From positions 1-27,840 of the IMG/VR virus record IMGVR_UViG_3300044724_001747: 27,840 nt of DNA; one strand, given 5' to 3'. This stretch comes from a virus. Its lineage: Duplodnaviria > Caudoviricetes. This document shows positions 8,261 through 17,301 of this stretch, piece after piece. Under the pieces are notes generated by a model. That model was not told the origin of the DNA and made no database searches. It was given only the letters and a program-made list of their open reading frames with translations. Numbering within the stretch: position 1 is the first letter of the stretch; the number at the start of each line of letters is the position of its first letter. A program made the position numbers and the translations under genes.

Positions 8261-9979
8261 TCACCATCCGGGGTCCGATGTGTACACTTTCACGTAGCCC
8301 CACCACAAGTACATCGCGACACCATCGTTGTAGGTCGTTGGTCCGTCGTTCTGGGTTTTGCCTAGCGCAATCGAGCGGATGTAGTCTTGAGGTCCGTCGC
8401 CACCCAGTGTGTCCGTCGCGTTGGTTATCCCCGTTTCAGCATAAAGGCTATCGCTGTTCAGCCAGTATTCCTGTACACCGTTCTCGCCTGTGTTCGCGGG
8501 CACCGAGTGCTTCCAGTGCATCCGTAGTATGTGCCACTCGCCACTTTGCCATATCGAGTTTGCCAAAGATCCAAGGTTGACCTCATCGTTAAGCGGGAAG
8601 CCCGTGCCGCCCGCGAAGTTGATCCCAGCCGCCCGACCACCTAGCTGTGGGTTGGCTTGGGAAACGGCTCCGACTTTGTACTGCCACCGATATGTGTCGC
8701 CTCTCGCGGTTAGACCGAATATGAGTTTGTGGTCGCCGGGACTGCACTCAGGGGCCCCGCAGTTCGTTGTGAAGTCAGTGGAATACCTTACCGGAATTTC
8801 GATCCACACATCTGTCTGGTCTGCTGGAAAGTTCGCCAAGATCCTTGTGATGCTGACGGCTGCGGAGGAATCTGTACGGGCGAAAGCATATCTGAGTGAG
8901 TGCCTGCGTCCGTTGTAGCCGCGCGTTGTGTCGATAATCGCGGGATCTGGCGCGACCCCTCCGTTGACAATCTCGGCGACGTTCCAGACCGACGTGGTCG
9001 TGTCCATCTGCGCGATTGTCTCGTAGCCCTCGAAGTCCACATTAAGGTACGGCGAGCCTAACGTCTCCAGCGTTTCCCTCATGCTGAACGTGGCCGAGTC
9101 GCTCCACGCGGACCACACGCCGTCACCTTTGTACCGGATACGCGCCTTGGCGGTATCGCCAGCCGTTAACGCTATGTCGGTGTACGGCGGGAGCGTGTCA
9201 CGCTCAAGCGCACTAGATGTAGAGTCTGTAAACGCAGGGCTTGTCCAGTCACCGTTCAGGCTGTCGATCTGTACCTGAGTCGAGTCATGGGTACCACCGC
9301 CGACATACGGAGTCCCGAGCCAGTACAGGCTGTCGGCTGTCGCGGCAAAGATCACAACGTCTACGGTCGGCGTGTTCGGTGTTATGCCCGAGGTCATCGT
9401 GAACTGGACGCTATCGGACCACGCGGACCAGCCGCCTTCGCGACCGTAGTAGCGGATGCGGGCCTTCGCGACTGCGCCAGAGTCTAGTTGCGCCTTGACT
9501 GTCAGGGGCGGCACCGTGTCGCGCTCAAGTGCTATGGTCACGCTGTCGGTGTAGACCGGGGAAGTCCAGTCACTCGTTCCAATCGTGTCGATCTGTACCT
9601 GTGTGCTGTCGTGCGTGTCGCCGGGGTCGGCGCTGAACGCGGAGCCAAGCCAAAAGAGGCTGTCGCCAGTTGCGGCAAACACTGTGACATCGACCGTAGG
9701 TGTGCTAGGTGCGCTAAATGCCGGTGCCGTAGTATCTGGCTGGGTCGTGACACCACCCCCGATACCAGCGATCCCGCCGAAGCCGAAGCCATACGCAAGC
9801 GCACCAAACGCGAGGGCGCTCGCGGTCAGCGGGACAAGGCTGCTGCTCTTGCCCTTGCTGATGCTGCCATCTGGCCGTTCTTCAAGCCATTCGGCTAGCG
9901 CAGTAGTAGCTCTAAGCGCGGGAACGACACAGACGCCAACAAACAAAGTCCAGCCTAGTAGTGGGATTGCTGTCATCAT
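8261..9979 (-). CDS. Exported/membrane-anchored protein with two FN3-like repeats and a C-terminal lectin/polysaccharide-lyase-like beta-sandwich
   Basis: 572 aa; two N-terminal hydrophobic segments; tandem ~100-aa repeats both ending KARIRY.G..(.)WSAWSDS; C-terminal GEWH...W.....NG....W.N...Y.W..V.V pattern. Confidence 0.75.
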   Translation of the reverse strand: MMTAIPLLGWTLFVGVCVVPALRATTALAEWLEERPDGSISKGKSSSLVPLTASALAFGALAYGFGFGGIAGIGGGVTTQPDTTAPAFSAPSTPTVDVTVFAATGDSLFWLGSAFSADPGDTHDSTQVQIDTIGTSDWTSPVYTDSVTIALERDTVPPLTVKAQLDSGAVAKARIRYYGREGGWSAWSDSVQFTMTSGITPNTPTVDVVIFAATADSLYWLGTPYVGGGTHDSTQVQIDSLNGDWTSPAFTDSTSSALERDTLPPYTDIALTAGDTAKARIRYKGDGVWSAWSDSATFSMRETLETLGSPYLNVDFEGYETIAQMDTTTSVWNVAEIVNGGVAPDPAIIDTTRGYNGRRHSLRYAFARTDSSAAVSITRILANFPADQTDVWIEIPVRYSTDFTTNCGAPECSPGDHKLIFGLTARGDTYRWQYKVGAVSQANPQLGGRAAGINFAGGTGFPLNDEVNLGSLANSIWQSGEWHILRMHWKHSVPANTGENGVQEYWLNSDSLYAETGITNATDTLGGDGPQDYIRSIALGKTQNDGPTTYNDGVAMYLWWGYVKVYTSDPGW

Positions 9980-10116
9980 TTACGTGTCACCCTTTCCCAT
10001 GCACGATCAACAGCGCCATAACTAGACTCAGCAATCTTAACGGCTACCGCTGCTGCGATAGCAGTTTTTGTGGTTGCCACAATAAACTTTGCGCTTGAGT
10101 TGATTAGTCCTGTCAT
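9976..10116 (-). CDS. Small hypothetical protein (46 aa, MTGLINSSAKFIVATTKTAIAAAVAVKIAESSYGAVDRAWERVTRK)
   Basis: Not in ORF track; ATGA overlaps at both ends fill the gap exactly. Confidence 0.7.
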   Translation of the reverse strand: MTGLINSSAKFIVATTKTAIAAAVAVKIAESSYGAVDRAWERVTRK

Positions 10117-10472
10117 GGTCTAATGTTTGCCCCTACTTCAAATGCAGCAGTTTGAGAAGTGCCGCTAGCCCCAGCACCGTTATCAATATAAGCAGCAACC
10201 TGATAGGTACCAGTCTGAGTAAACGTGCTCACGTCACTTTGTGCTTCAATAAAGCCATCTGTCCCTGTCCCGTTCCCAACTGGAGCTGGAGAAAAGATTA
10301 CATCTCCACCAGTAAATTGCTGAATGGTTTCGTCTGGCCTCAAGACTACGATTTCTTTTGTTCCGACTGAGACATCTGCGGGCCTTAATTCTCCTGTAAG
10401 AGCATCCCTATCAAGGACTTGCAGAATTATTCTAAAGCCTACCTGTCCTACGGTCGCATCGTATCTACTCAT
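10113..10472 (-). CDS. BppU N-terminal-like Ig-fold virion adaptor protein
   Basis: 119 aa; G..G.RI.L.V...DVS..T..I.V.RPD...DG.I......F.Q.G.Y.V pattern resembles the BppU-type domain. Confidence 0.6.
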   Translation of the reverse strand: MSRYDATVGQVGFRIILQVLDRDALTGELRPADVSVGTKEIVVLRPDETIQQFTGGDVIFSPAPVGNGTGTDGFIEAQSDVSTFTQTGTYQVAAYIDNGAGASGTSQTAAFEVGANIRP

Positions 10473-10627
10473 ATTTCCACTCGCTTCACCGCATTGCCGG
10501 GACGCGCTGCTTGGGATTTTAGGTTTGTTTTAAGCTGTGGTAAAAATATTTTTTCCGTAAGATTTTTTACTTTCTTGATGGTTGCGTTGTTTCTTACAAC
10601 TACCATCGCTTTCGGTGTCAGGCTCAC
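10469..10627 (-). CDS. Small basic hypothetical protein (52 aa, MSLTPKAMVVVRNNATIKKVK...KRVEI)
   Basis: Not in ORF track; GTGA overlap with upstream stop and ATGA overlap with downstream start. Confidence 0.6.
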   Translation of the reverse strand: MSLTPKAMVVVRNNATIKKVKNLTEKIFLPQLKTNLKSQAARPGNAVKRVEI

Positions 10628-10782
10628 GGCTTATTTAATCGCATCAAAACATTACTGTTTAATATAACCCTTCTCAAGAAAACAATCCTGCTTGCAATAA
10701 CTTCAATAAAGGATCTGCCATAGCCGTAACAAGCGATCAATCCAGACCCATTACCGCGGCCATAGCCGTATGTTGGTATCAC
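10624..10782 (-). CDS. Small protein with duplicated YGYGR motif (52 aa, MIPTYGYGRGNGSGLIACYGYGRSF...)
   Basis: Not in ORF track; GTG start overlaps the TGA of 10779-13016; internal TACGGCTATGGC duplication. Confidence 0.65.
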   Translation of the reverse strand: MIPTYGYGRGNGSGLIACYGYGRSFIEVIASRIVFLRRVILNSNVLMRLNKP

Positions 10783-13016
10783 TGAAGCCTCTCTCTCCGG
10801 TCAACACCCTCACCTCTGTACTGCTGGGAGCCTGCGGTATCTTCATATATAATGCTGGATACCAACGGTGTTACTCCGTCGTCGTCATAAATCGTTAGTG
10901 TGCCTGCTGCCGGGTCTGTCACAAGTTTGTTGCGTGTGATTTTTTCGATCAGCGTCAGGCGGCGGGCATCGACCAGCTCGTCCACGACTGTCGCACCGAC
11001 AGAGCTGTCGAGCAGCTTACCAATACCACGCGCCACTATGGTGCCGTTGGTCACGGTCGCGTCGAGGATTAGCTGGCCGCTTGCCATGTCTACCGACACT
11101 GATGACGCGCCGGTTTTGTTCCGTAGCGTCAGACCGCCATGATAGCCGCGCACAGAGAGCCCTCCCGCCGCGCCGCCCATGTCGATGACGGGTGTCGCCG
11201 TACCCGGTACACCGGACCAGCAGTCGATGACCTTGGCGACTGCGGCCACGTTTCCGGCCAGCGTGATTGTGCCAAGCAGTGTACAGGCTTCAAGATTGCC
11301 GTTGCGTAGCTCGACATCCTCTGCCGTGCAGTGAACGAGTGTAGACTCATTGTCCAGCACACCCGTCACGTAGCAGTCGCGGATAATGCACTCCTCTAGT
11401 GTGGCGTCTTGGTCAATCGACACCGTGGTCAGCCGCCGCCCCTCACCGACGATATGGAAGCCGGTCAGGTTCGCGCTTGCCGGTATCGTGAAGTCGCTGA
11501 CCAGATGCAGCCTCGTGATGTTGTGGAGGTTAGCAATGGTCACAGCGTCATCGAAATTGTTGACTGGGTACAGCATCGTGCCCTGCGGGTAGCGCGTACC
11601 AGCGGTACCGTTCACCGCGTCGATATGGACCGCGCCGTCGAAGCTCATATCCTGCTGAAAAGCACCATCGACTAGATCGTTGACAATCGTGACATTCGGG
11701 CCAGAGTTGTCGATCAGCTTCCCGACGCCACGGATGTAGATGGTACAAGCACCCGTGACAGTCGAATCTAGCTCAAGCGTACCGGCCACCATGTCGATGC
11801 TCATGTTCTTAGTGCCGGTCTTGTTCACGATCTTCATCTCGCCCGTAAACTGGCGAGCTGCCACCATTGAGTCACCGTTGCAGTCGATAACTGCGGGTGC
11901 TCCCACGTCGAAGGCGTCAACCGCCGAGCACTTGTTTAACATCATGATGCCCGCACCGTTGCCTCGCACGGAGTAGCTCAGACCGGGATATAGGTCAGCA
12001 CGTAAGACACACTGCTCTGCGTGGCCTGCGAAGTTGTCCACGCCCTTCATGGCGACTGACGTGATGTAAGTGCCACCGGATAGCGGACCCGTGAGCAGCA
12101 TATTCCGATACTCGCCACCGGCTACTGTCGCGAGCCCCGAGTCGGGGATAATGAGGTGCGTTGTTCTGGGCGACCGACCGACCCAAAGCATATTGGTGTG
12201 ATCGGGTCCGACATCGACCGTCACGTTGTCGGTGATCCGAATCGTGTCTAGACCTTTCTCATCTGCGATGGATTGAGCATCGGTCGTGTTATTAACCGGC
12301 GACCGTGATGTGCCGATAGGGTAAGCCGTGCCAGCCGACCCCGTAGCCACGTTCATCCATACGCTCGACTCCGCATAGGATGAAAATTGGATTGCCTCAC
12401 TGTCTAGCGAGGTGGCAGACGATGCGCTGGTCTTAATTAAGAACCTCCCGAAACTACTGAACAGAGGTTCGATGTTAGAGCCGAGAGAGTCCACTGCGAC
12501 GAAGTTGCCGCCGTCCAGTTTGAATTGATCTACCTCCCAGACTTTGTAGGCGTCACTGACATCAAACGTGTTCCCGGTGCCGTCTCGTAGTCCACGGGTC
12601 GTCAGTTGCGTCTCACTGTCAACGCTAAGGATCTCGCTCACGCCCTGATCGCTGAAATTGATCACCCAATCTCCACGCACGACACCATCTGCAATAAATG
12701 TTGCACCTGAGTCGATCAGGGTAATACCAGTAGTGTCCCCTGTGGTAACAGTGCCCGTAGTACGAGGTGATGTCGCGGCAGGTGCATACTGTACATTGTT
12801 TAGGGTTGTGGTTAGGCCGACGAACACGCCGCCACCCAAGTCCTCACCACCAGTCGACGATACTAAGTCGGGAAACTCACTACCCGAAATTGAGTCTTGA
12901 ATCCCCGTGAGGGTATCGTGACTGTCTTGAGCCGTGATCTCATTAGATCCCGGTTCAATCTCCGCTAATCGTGGGTCCAGATTATAGCGGACGCTTACAT
13001 CATCTCGTACCGCCAT
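10779..13016 (-). CDS. Putative beta-helical spike/fibre-like virion protein with an internal ~245-aa duplication
   Basis: 745 aa; repeats GSAGTAYPIGTSRSPVNN / GTAGTRYPQGTMLYPVNN and SIDMVAGTLELDSTVT / SVDMASGQLILDATVT; C-terminal GTLTIYDDDGVTPL module. Confidence 0.75.
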   Translation of the reverse strand: MAVRDDVSVRYNLDPRLAEIEPGSNEITAQDSHDTLTGIQDSISGSEFPDLVSSTGGEDLGGGVFVGLTTTLNNVQYAPAATSPRTTGTVTTGDTTGITLIDSGATFIADGVVRGDWVINFSDQGVSEILSVDSETQLTTRGLRDGTGNTFDVSDAYKVWEVDQFKLDGGNFVAVDSLGSNIEPLFSSFGRFLIKTSASSATSLDSEAIQFSSYAESSVWMNVATGSAGTAYPIGTSRSPVNNTTDAQSIADEKGLDTIRITDNVTVDVGPDHTNMLWVGRSPRTTHLIIPDSGLATVAGGEYRNMLLTGPLSGGTYITSVAMKGVDNFAGHAEQCVLRADLYPGLSYSVRGNGAGIMMLNKCSAVDAFDVGAPAVIDCNGDSMVAARQFTGEMKIVNKTGTKNMSIDMVAGTLELDSTVTGACTIYIRGVGKLIDNSGPNVTIVNDLVDGAFQQDMSFDGAVHIDAVNGTAGTRYPQGTMLYPVNNFDDAVTIANLHNITRLHLVSDFTIPASANLTGFHIVGEGRRLTTVSIDQDATLEECIIRDCYVTGVLDNESTLVHCTAEDVELRNGNLEACTLLGTITLAGNVAAVAKVIDCWSGVPGTATPVIDMGGAAGGLSVRGYHGGLTLRNKTGASSVSVDMASGQLILDATVTNGTIVARGIGKLLDSSVGATVVDELVDARRLTLIEKITRNKLVTDPAAGTLTIYDDDGVTPLVSSIIYEDTAGSQQYRGEGVDRRERLQ

Positions 13017-13212
13017 CGTCTCTGACCACCTCTATGCGGATGTTAGCTTCGGCTTCAGCCTTCTGCTCTTCTGCTCTCTTGATGTCGGCCAGCATGATGC
13101 GGTAGTCCGCGATAGTGCTCTCTTCGCGTTCTATCGCCTGTTCGAGAACCACGATGTTGTGTCGTGCTCGTTCTATGCCATGCTTCAGGCCGTCTGCTGA
13201 GTAGCCGCTCAT
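13000..13212 (-). CDS. Small coiled-coil protein (possible fibre assembly chaperone)
   Basis: 70 aa, charged heptad-like helix; TAATG overlap with the upstream gene. Confidence 0.7.
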   Translation of the reverse strand: MSGYSADGLKHGIERARHNIVVLEQAIEREESTIADYRIMLADIKRAEEQKAEAEANIRIEVVRDDGGTR

Positions 13213-15689
13213 TAGGTGTGAATCGTGTCCTCGTTGCGGATGGTCGCCACGTTCCGGTCTGTGCCGGTCGTAGCATCGTCGGTCACGAACCGCTTGATCT
13301 TGGTCGCATTCCGCGTGTTGCTGACCTTCACTCGGTAGTCGATTTGCGAGACATAGACGATGCTAACCGATGAGCTGCTGCTCGTTGCGAACTCGTCAAT
13401 GAGGCTCACGTAGATATCATCAGCCGTATCAATCGCGACCGGACAAGTATTGATCTCAATAGTGTCCGTGCTGCTCTGTCCGGTAATCGCTGGGCTGATT
13501 TGCAGCGTGTTCGCGTCATCGACTGTCGTGACGTAGCTCACCGCGTTCTGCGTCACGTTGAGGACAAGATCGCCACGCTTGGCGTTAGTGAAAGGCGAGC
13601 CGGTTGCTACCACCGTGTCGGTATCCGTCGCCGCATCAAGCGTGATGCTTTCGATGGACGCCAGTGCAAAGGTTGATGTCGCCCAGCTTGAGAACCGCAG
13701 CCGATAGTGCTTGTCGTTATCTGACGCATCGCGGAGGTTGAGGACGCCGCCCGTGCTCTTACCGGGAGTGTCTGCCGTGATTGCGGTATCCACGACCAAC
13801 GTGTTTGCACCCTGCGCCTCTCCACCTGAAGCGCTGTACTCCTCTTTGTCGATCGCGAGCCCTGCACCGAGCAGACGATGGCTGACGACATAATCGTCCG
13901 TAGCCGTCGTCTCGTCTGTTCCGACGAGGTTAGAGACTGACAGCGAAATGGCGATGGGTCGCTGCTTTGTATCGCCGGGGGCGTCGATTAGCTGGAAATC
14001 GTTTTCATTGCTGGACAGATAATCCGTGAGCAAGACACCACGAGCACCGAAGAAACGACCACCAGCAAGCGCCCCAAAGGGAGATTGCTTATTGGCGTTG
14101 AACGTGACCGCTGCGGTGTCAGGAGTAAACGTGCCACCCACGTCATTATCTGTGACCACGTTGGCTGTGTTGAACGTGCCTCGCGTGTCCCGCAGCAGCA
14201 GCACCTTGTTGATCGTGTCGTGACTGACGACGATGCCTGTTGCGCCAGATGTCGCCTGCGTGACATCACTACCCTCCGAGACGGTTCCCGTGACCGTGCC
14301 ACTGTATGCGAGGTAAACGGTCGGCCCGACGTACTGCTCGCCCTCAATGCCGTCCGTGGCGGTTGTCCCTGTCTCGCCGTTTCGCGTGACGTGTTGTAGC
14401 CACTCATAGACTTCGGTCAGCGGGTTCTGGTTGCAGTCAATCGTGATGCCGTAGAACTCCGACGTTCCATCGTCGTCGATGTCTGCGGTCGTGTTTGCGT
14501 GAGTAATCGTAGGAAAGCTGTTCGACGTAAACCACGTTGCGAGCGCTGGTCCTTGGTCGGTAGGTGCGGAGCTTCCTGTCGCCGCACCTGTGTCATCATT
14601 GTTGGTGATCGCGCCGCCGTCGAAGTCCGTCTGCGGATCTCCGATGATGTAGTAGTGCAGCGTTCGTGTCGGAGACGAGCCCGTGATGAGTGTGATGATT
14701 CCACGCGCACCGCTAGAGTCGTCCTGAATCTCGTCACCCACCGTGAAGTTTCCGCTGTCACCGGACAGCGTGATCGACCTATATCCAGTCGTGTGGTTCA
14801 GGTCATCAGCAGCCGAGAGCGGTACGGGGTTTCGGCCACCGGAGGTTGTCGATGTCGCAACCTCAAAGCTGTCGTAAAGCGTGTTTCCTTTGCGCGAGAA
14901 CGCCGTGATGCGTCCTTCGTCAATGATGGGGTTTGACGCGGCAGTGAAGTCGCGGATGTAGATGAGACGGTCGAACGATCCTTCTGCCCACCAATCCTGA
15001 GTCGAGTCGTTAATATCCGAGATGCGAGCCCGTGAAGCGTCAGCCACTGCGCCTTGGTACATATAGACGTGCGTGTCTGCTTCAATCGGCGTGACGTTGA
15101 ACAAATTCGCCCAGACTTGCTCGCCGGTCTTACTTGCGGCTGTCTGAGTTGCGGTATTCGCGTTGCACGTCAGTGTGCCAGAGGTCGAATCGAAATTGTT
15201 CGCGGCGGCTGACGAGTCGGGACGGATGACGAGGTAGTCCGTGCCGCCACCGGGAACGAGCACCTCTAGTAATGTGCCCGCATCGGCGTCTGCGTGCGTG
15301 ATATCGAAGCCCACATCTGCCGCCACGATGGTGTTGGTCGAGTTCGTAACCGGCACCACGACAATGCCCGTGGCCGACCCCGGCGTGCGCGTCCAGCCGG
15401 AGGTTTTGATCGCGCCACCTGTCAGGTGCTGCACCGCTTCATACTGAATATAAGCAGGATTATTGTCGTTGGCGTCAATAATACCGACAGTGTACTCAGT
15501 CGGAGTCTCAGCGGACATGAATGTAGCGTCATCTCCGGTTGTACTCTGATCCTGAAGATTCATCAAAGCAGAATAGAGTTCGTTGACCGAGCGCGTACCC
15601 GTTGCGGTGCCGGTCCATTCGATGTGTTTCTGGCGATTTTCGTCAAGCCAGTAAATCGTAAAGTCGCCACCTAAGATTGTATCCGACAT
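13212..15689 (-). CDS. Large acidic Thr/Asp-rich modular virion protein
   Basis: 825 aa; internal repeats such as GNFTVGDEIQDDSSGARGII / GTVSEGSDVTQATSGATGIV; AGGT RBS. Confidence 0.8.
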   Translation of the reverse strand: MSDTILGGDFTIYWLDENRQKHIEWTGTATGTRSVNELYSALMNLQDQSTTGDDATFMSAETPTEYTVGIIDANDNNPAYIQYEAVQHLTGGAIKTSGWTRTPGSATGIVVVPVTNSTNTIVAADVGFDITHADADAGTLLEVLVPGGGTDYLVIRPDSSAAANNFDSTSGTLTCNANTATQTAASKTGEQVWANLFNVTPIEADTHVYMYQGAVADASRARISDINDSTQDWWAEGSFDRLIYIRDFTAASNPIIDEGRITAFSRKGNTLYDSFEVATSTTSGGRNPVPLSAADDLNHTTGYRSITLSGDSGNFTVGDEIQDDSSGARGIITLITGSSPTRTLHYYIIGDPQTDFDGGAITNNDDTGAATGSSAPTDQGPALATWFTSNSFPTITHANTTADIDDDGTSEFYGITIDCNQNPLTEVYEWLQHVTRNGETGTTATDGIEGEQYVGPTVYLAYSGTVTGTVSEGSDVTQATSGATGIVVSHDTINKVLLLRDTRGTFNTANVVTDNDVGGTFTPDTAAVTFNANKQSPFGALAGGRFFGARGVLLTDYLSSNENDFQLIDAPGDTKQRPIAISLSVSNLVGTDETTATDDYVVSHRLLGAGLAIDKEEYSASGGEAQGANTLVVDTAITADTPGKSTGGVLNLRDASDNDKHYRLRFSSWATSTFALASIESITLDAATDTDTVVATGSPFTNAKRGDLVLNVTQNAVSYVTTVDDANTLQISPAITGQSSTDTIEINTCPVAIDTADDIYVSLIDEFATSSSSSVSIVYVSQIDYRVKVSNTRNATKIKRFVTDDATTGTDRNVATIRNEDTIHT

Positions 15690-15696
15690 TTTTTAC

Positions 15697-17301
15697 CTAA
15701 AGTGAAGGGTCTGCTGTTGTATCTTCGCGCATATTTCGTTTTACACTAACACCTGTGGATGCTTCAATTGTAGCAAACCCACTAAGGTTTACATACTTGG
15801 TCGCACCGGGGCTAGATTTTCTGTACCTATAATAAATATCTGCCGGAGTTGTGCCAGAGAAGGAGGTGGCAGCAATACCAGAAACATTTGTTGTGGTGTT
15901 AATTACTTCTGAATCATCTGACACAAGATATGCAGTAACACGAACACTTTGTATCGCTGCGTCATCTCCATCGACTGCCTCTAAAGACACGGACACGGAA
16001 ACTTGAATATCAGTTGAGCCACCACCGCGATTGTAGAATGACAGAGTTCCTGTAGTGCCAACCGCAGAAATTGTTACAGTTCCTGTTGTTGATTGGTTGT
16101 TTAATACTTCATTGCCTACTGTGGTTGGACCAGCCGATGCGTTATACCCAGAGAATGTAAAGCCTGTCCAAGTATCAGTAAGGCCATTGGTTTCAATCTC
16201 AATAGCATGAGAATTGGTGGACCCCATAATAAATGTGGTGCCTTCCCAATCCGACGATGATGTCCAGAGCAACGAAGCCTCTGTCGCTATTGCGGTTGTG
16301 TCTCGAACAAAACCCCTGCGAACGATTGCCCCAGTGTCTGTAATCTGACTGCAAGTCTGCCAAGTGCAGTCGTCGTAGGAATTGCCAGAGCCTCCCAAGG
16401 CTACGTCGGTCCCAGTAAACCCCCTGAACGTGCAGGTGTTTGCCGTGATGTTCGTAGCCGAGGCAAGGTCCAACTCTTTGTCTGCGCTTGTCCCCGTGAT
16501 GTCTCCGTTGTCCTCGCAAATCGTAATCAGTCGTGTCAGCGTGATCGCGTCTGTGTCAGCAGACGAAAGACCTTGCAGAGTTAAAGCAGAATCAACGTTA
16601 GTGTTGTCCTCGTAGATCGGCTCCTCGAATATGACGACTTCATCGACAGATGTGTGGCCCGTCGCATCTGGTGACATGATGAGCGGAGCCTTGCTGAAAA
16701 TCACGCCGCCACGCTTGCTGATGATGCCATACTGCGATGTGACATCAAAGGTGTATAGCTCATCAAAAAGCTGGGTCGTGTTACCGGCGAGCGTTAGCCC
16801 TGTATTGGGGTAGGACAGAATCTCGTCCAGATACACGTTTGGATCGCCACCGGACGCAGCCGCAGCATTCAGGTAGATGCCGACGTACTGAATCGCTGTA
16901 AGTGTTGCTGCCGTCCCGCTGTTGCTTGTCTCGCTATTGGCTGTGTCAATCACCAACTCAACCCATCCACCGCTATACGTGTCCGATCCGCCAACGGTCC
17001 AATCGGAAATATTGCCGGAGGTATCTTCTAGTCGGATTCTGATACCGTCAGCAGCCAGTGTCGCGCCAATACCACCGTTAACAAGTACCCTGACAAGAAT
17101 GACGGTATTGCTAAGGTCAGTTCCGGTAGCGTTTACCTCGAACCCAAAACCCTTAAAGCCTGTAAACTTTCTGGCGTATGACGAAGTAGAGCTTAGGAAA
17201 ATAGCTGTAGACAAACCTCCACCCGGACCAGACTCATAGTTCTTGAACGTTCCTGTGCCCACTTGGGTGTGGACCGTAAGACCAGTTACCGAAATAGCCA
17301 T
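15697..17301 (-). CDS. Modular virion protein with beta-helix-like middle and C-terminal prealbumin/carboxypeptidase-regulatory-like domain
   Basis: 534 aa; CTF/CTW/TTF/FTF periodic segments; C-terminal VSLEAVD..DAAIQSVRV...TTNVSG pattern. Confidence 0.75.
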   Translation of the reverse strand: MAISVTGLTVHTQVGTGTFKNYESGPGGGLSTAIFLSSTSSYARKFTGFKGFGFEVNATGTDLSNTVILVRVLVNGGIGATLAADGIRIRLEDTSGNISDWTVGGSDTYSGGWVELVIDTANSETSNSGTAATLTAIQYVGIYLNAAAASGGDPNVYLDEILSYPNTGLTLAGNTTQLFDELYTFDVTSQYGIISKRGGVIFSKAPLIMSPDATGHTSVDEVVIFEEPIYEDNTNVDSALTLQGLSSADTDAITLTRLITICEDNGDITGTSADKELDLASATNITANTCTFRGFTGTDVALGGSGNSYDDCTWQTCSQITDTGAIVRRGFVRDTTAIATEASLLWTSSSDWEGTTFIMGSTNSHAIEIETNGLTDTWTGFTFSGYNASAGPTTVGNEVLNNQSTTGTVTISAVGTTGTLSFYNRGGGSTDIQVSVSVSLEAVDGDDAAIQSVRVTAYLVSDDSEVINTTTNVSGIAATSFSGTTPADIYYRYRKSSPGATKYVNLSGFATIEASTGVSVKRNMREDTTADPSL

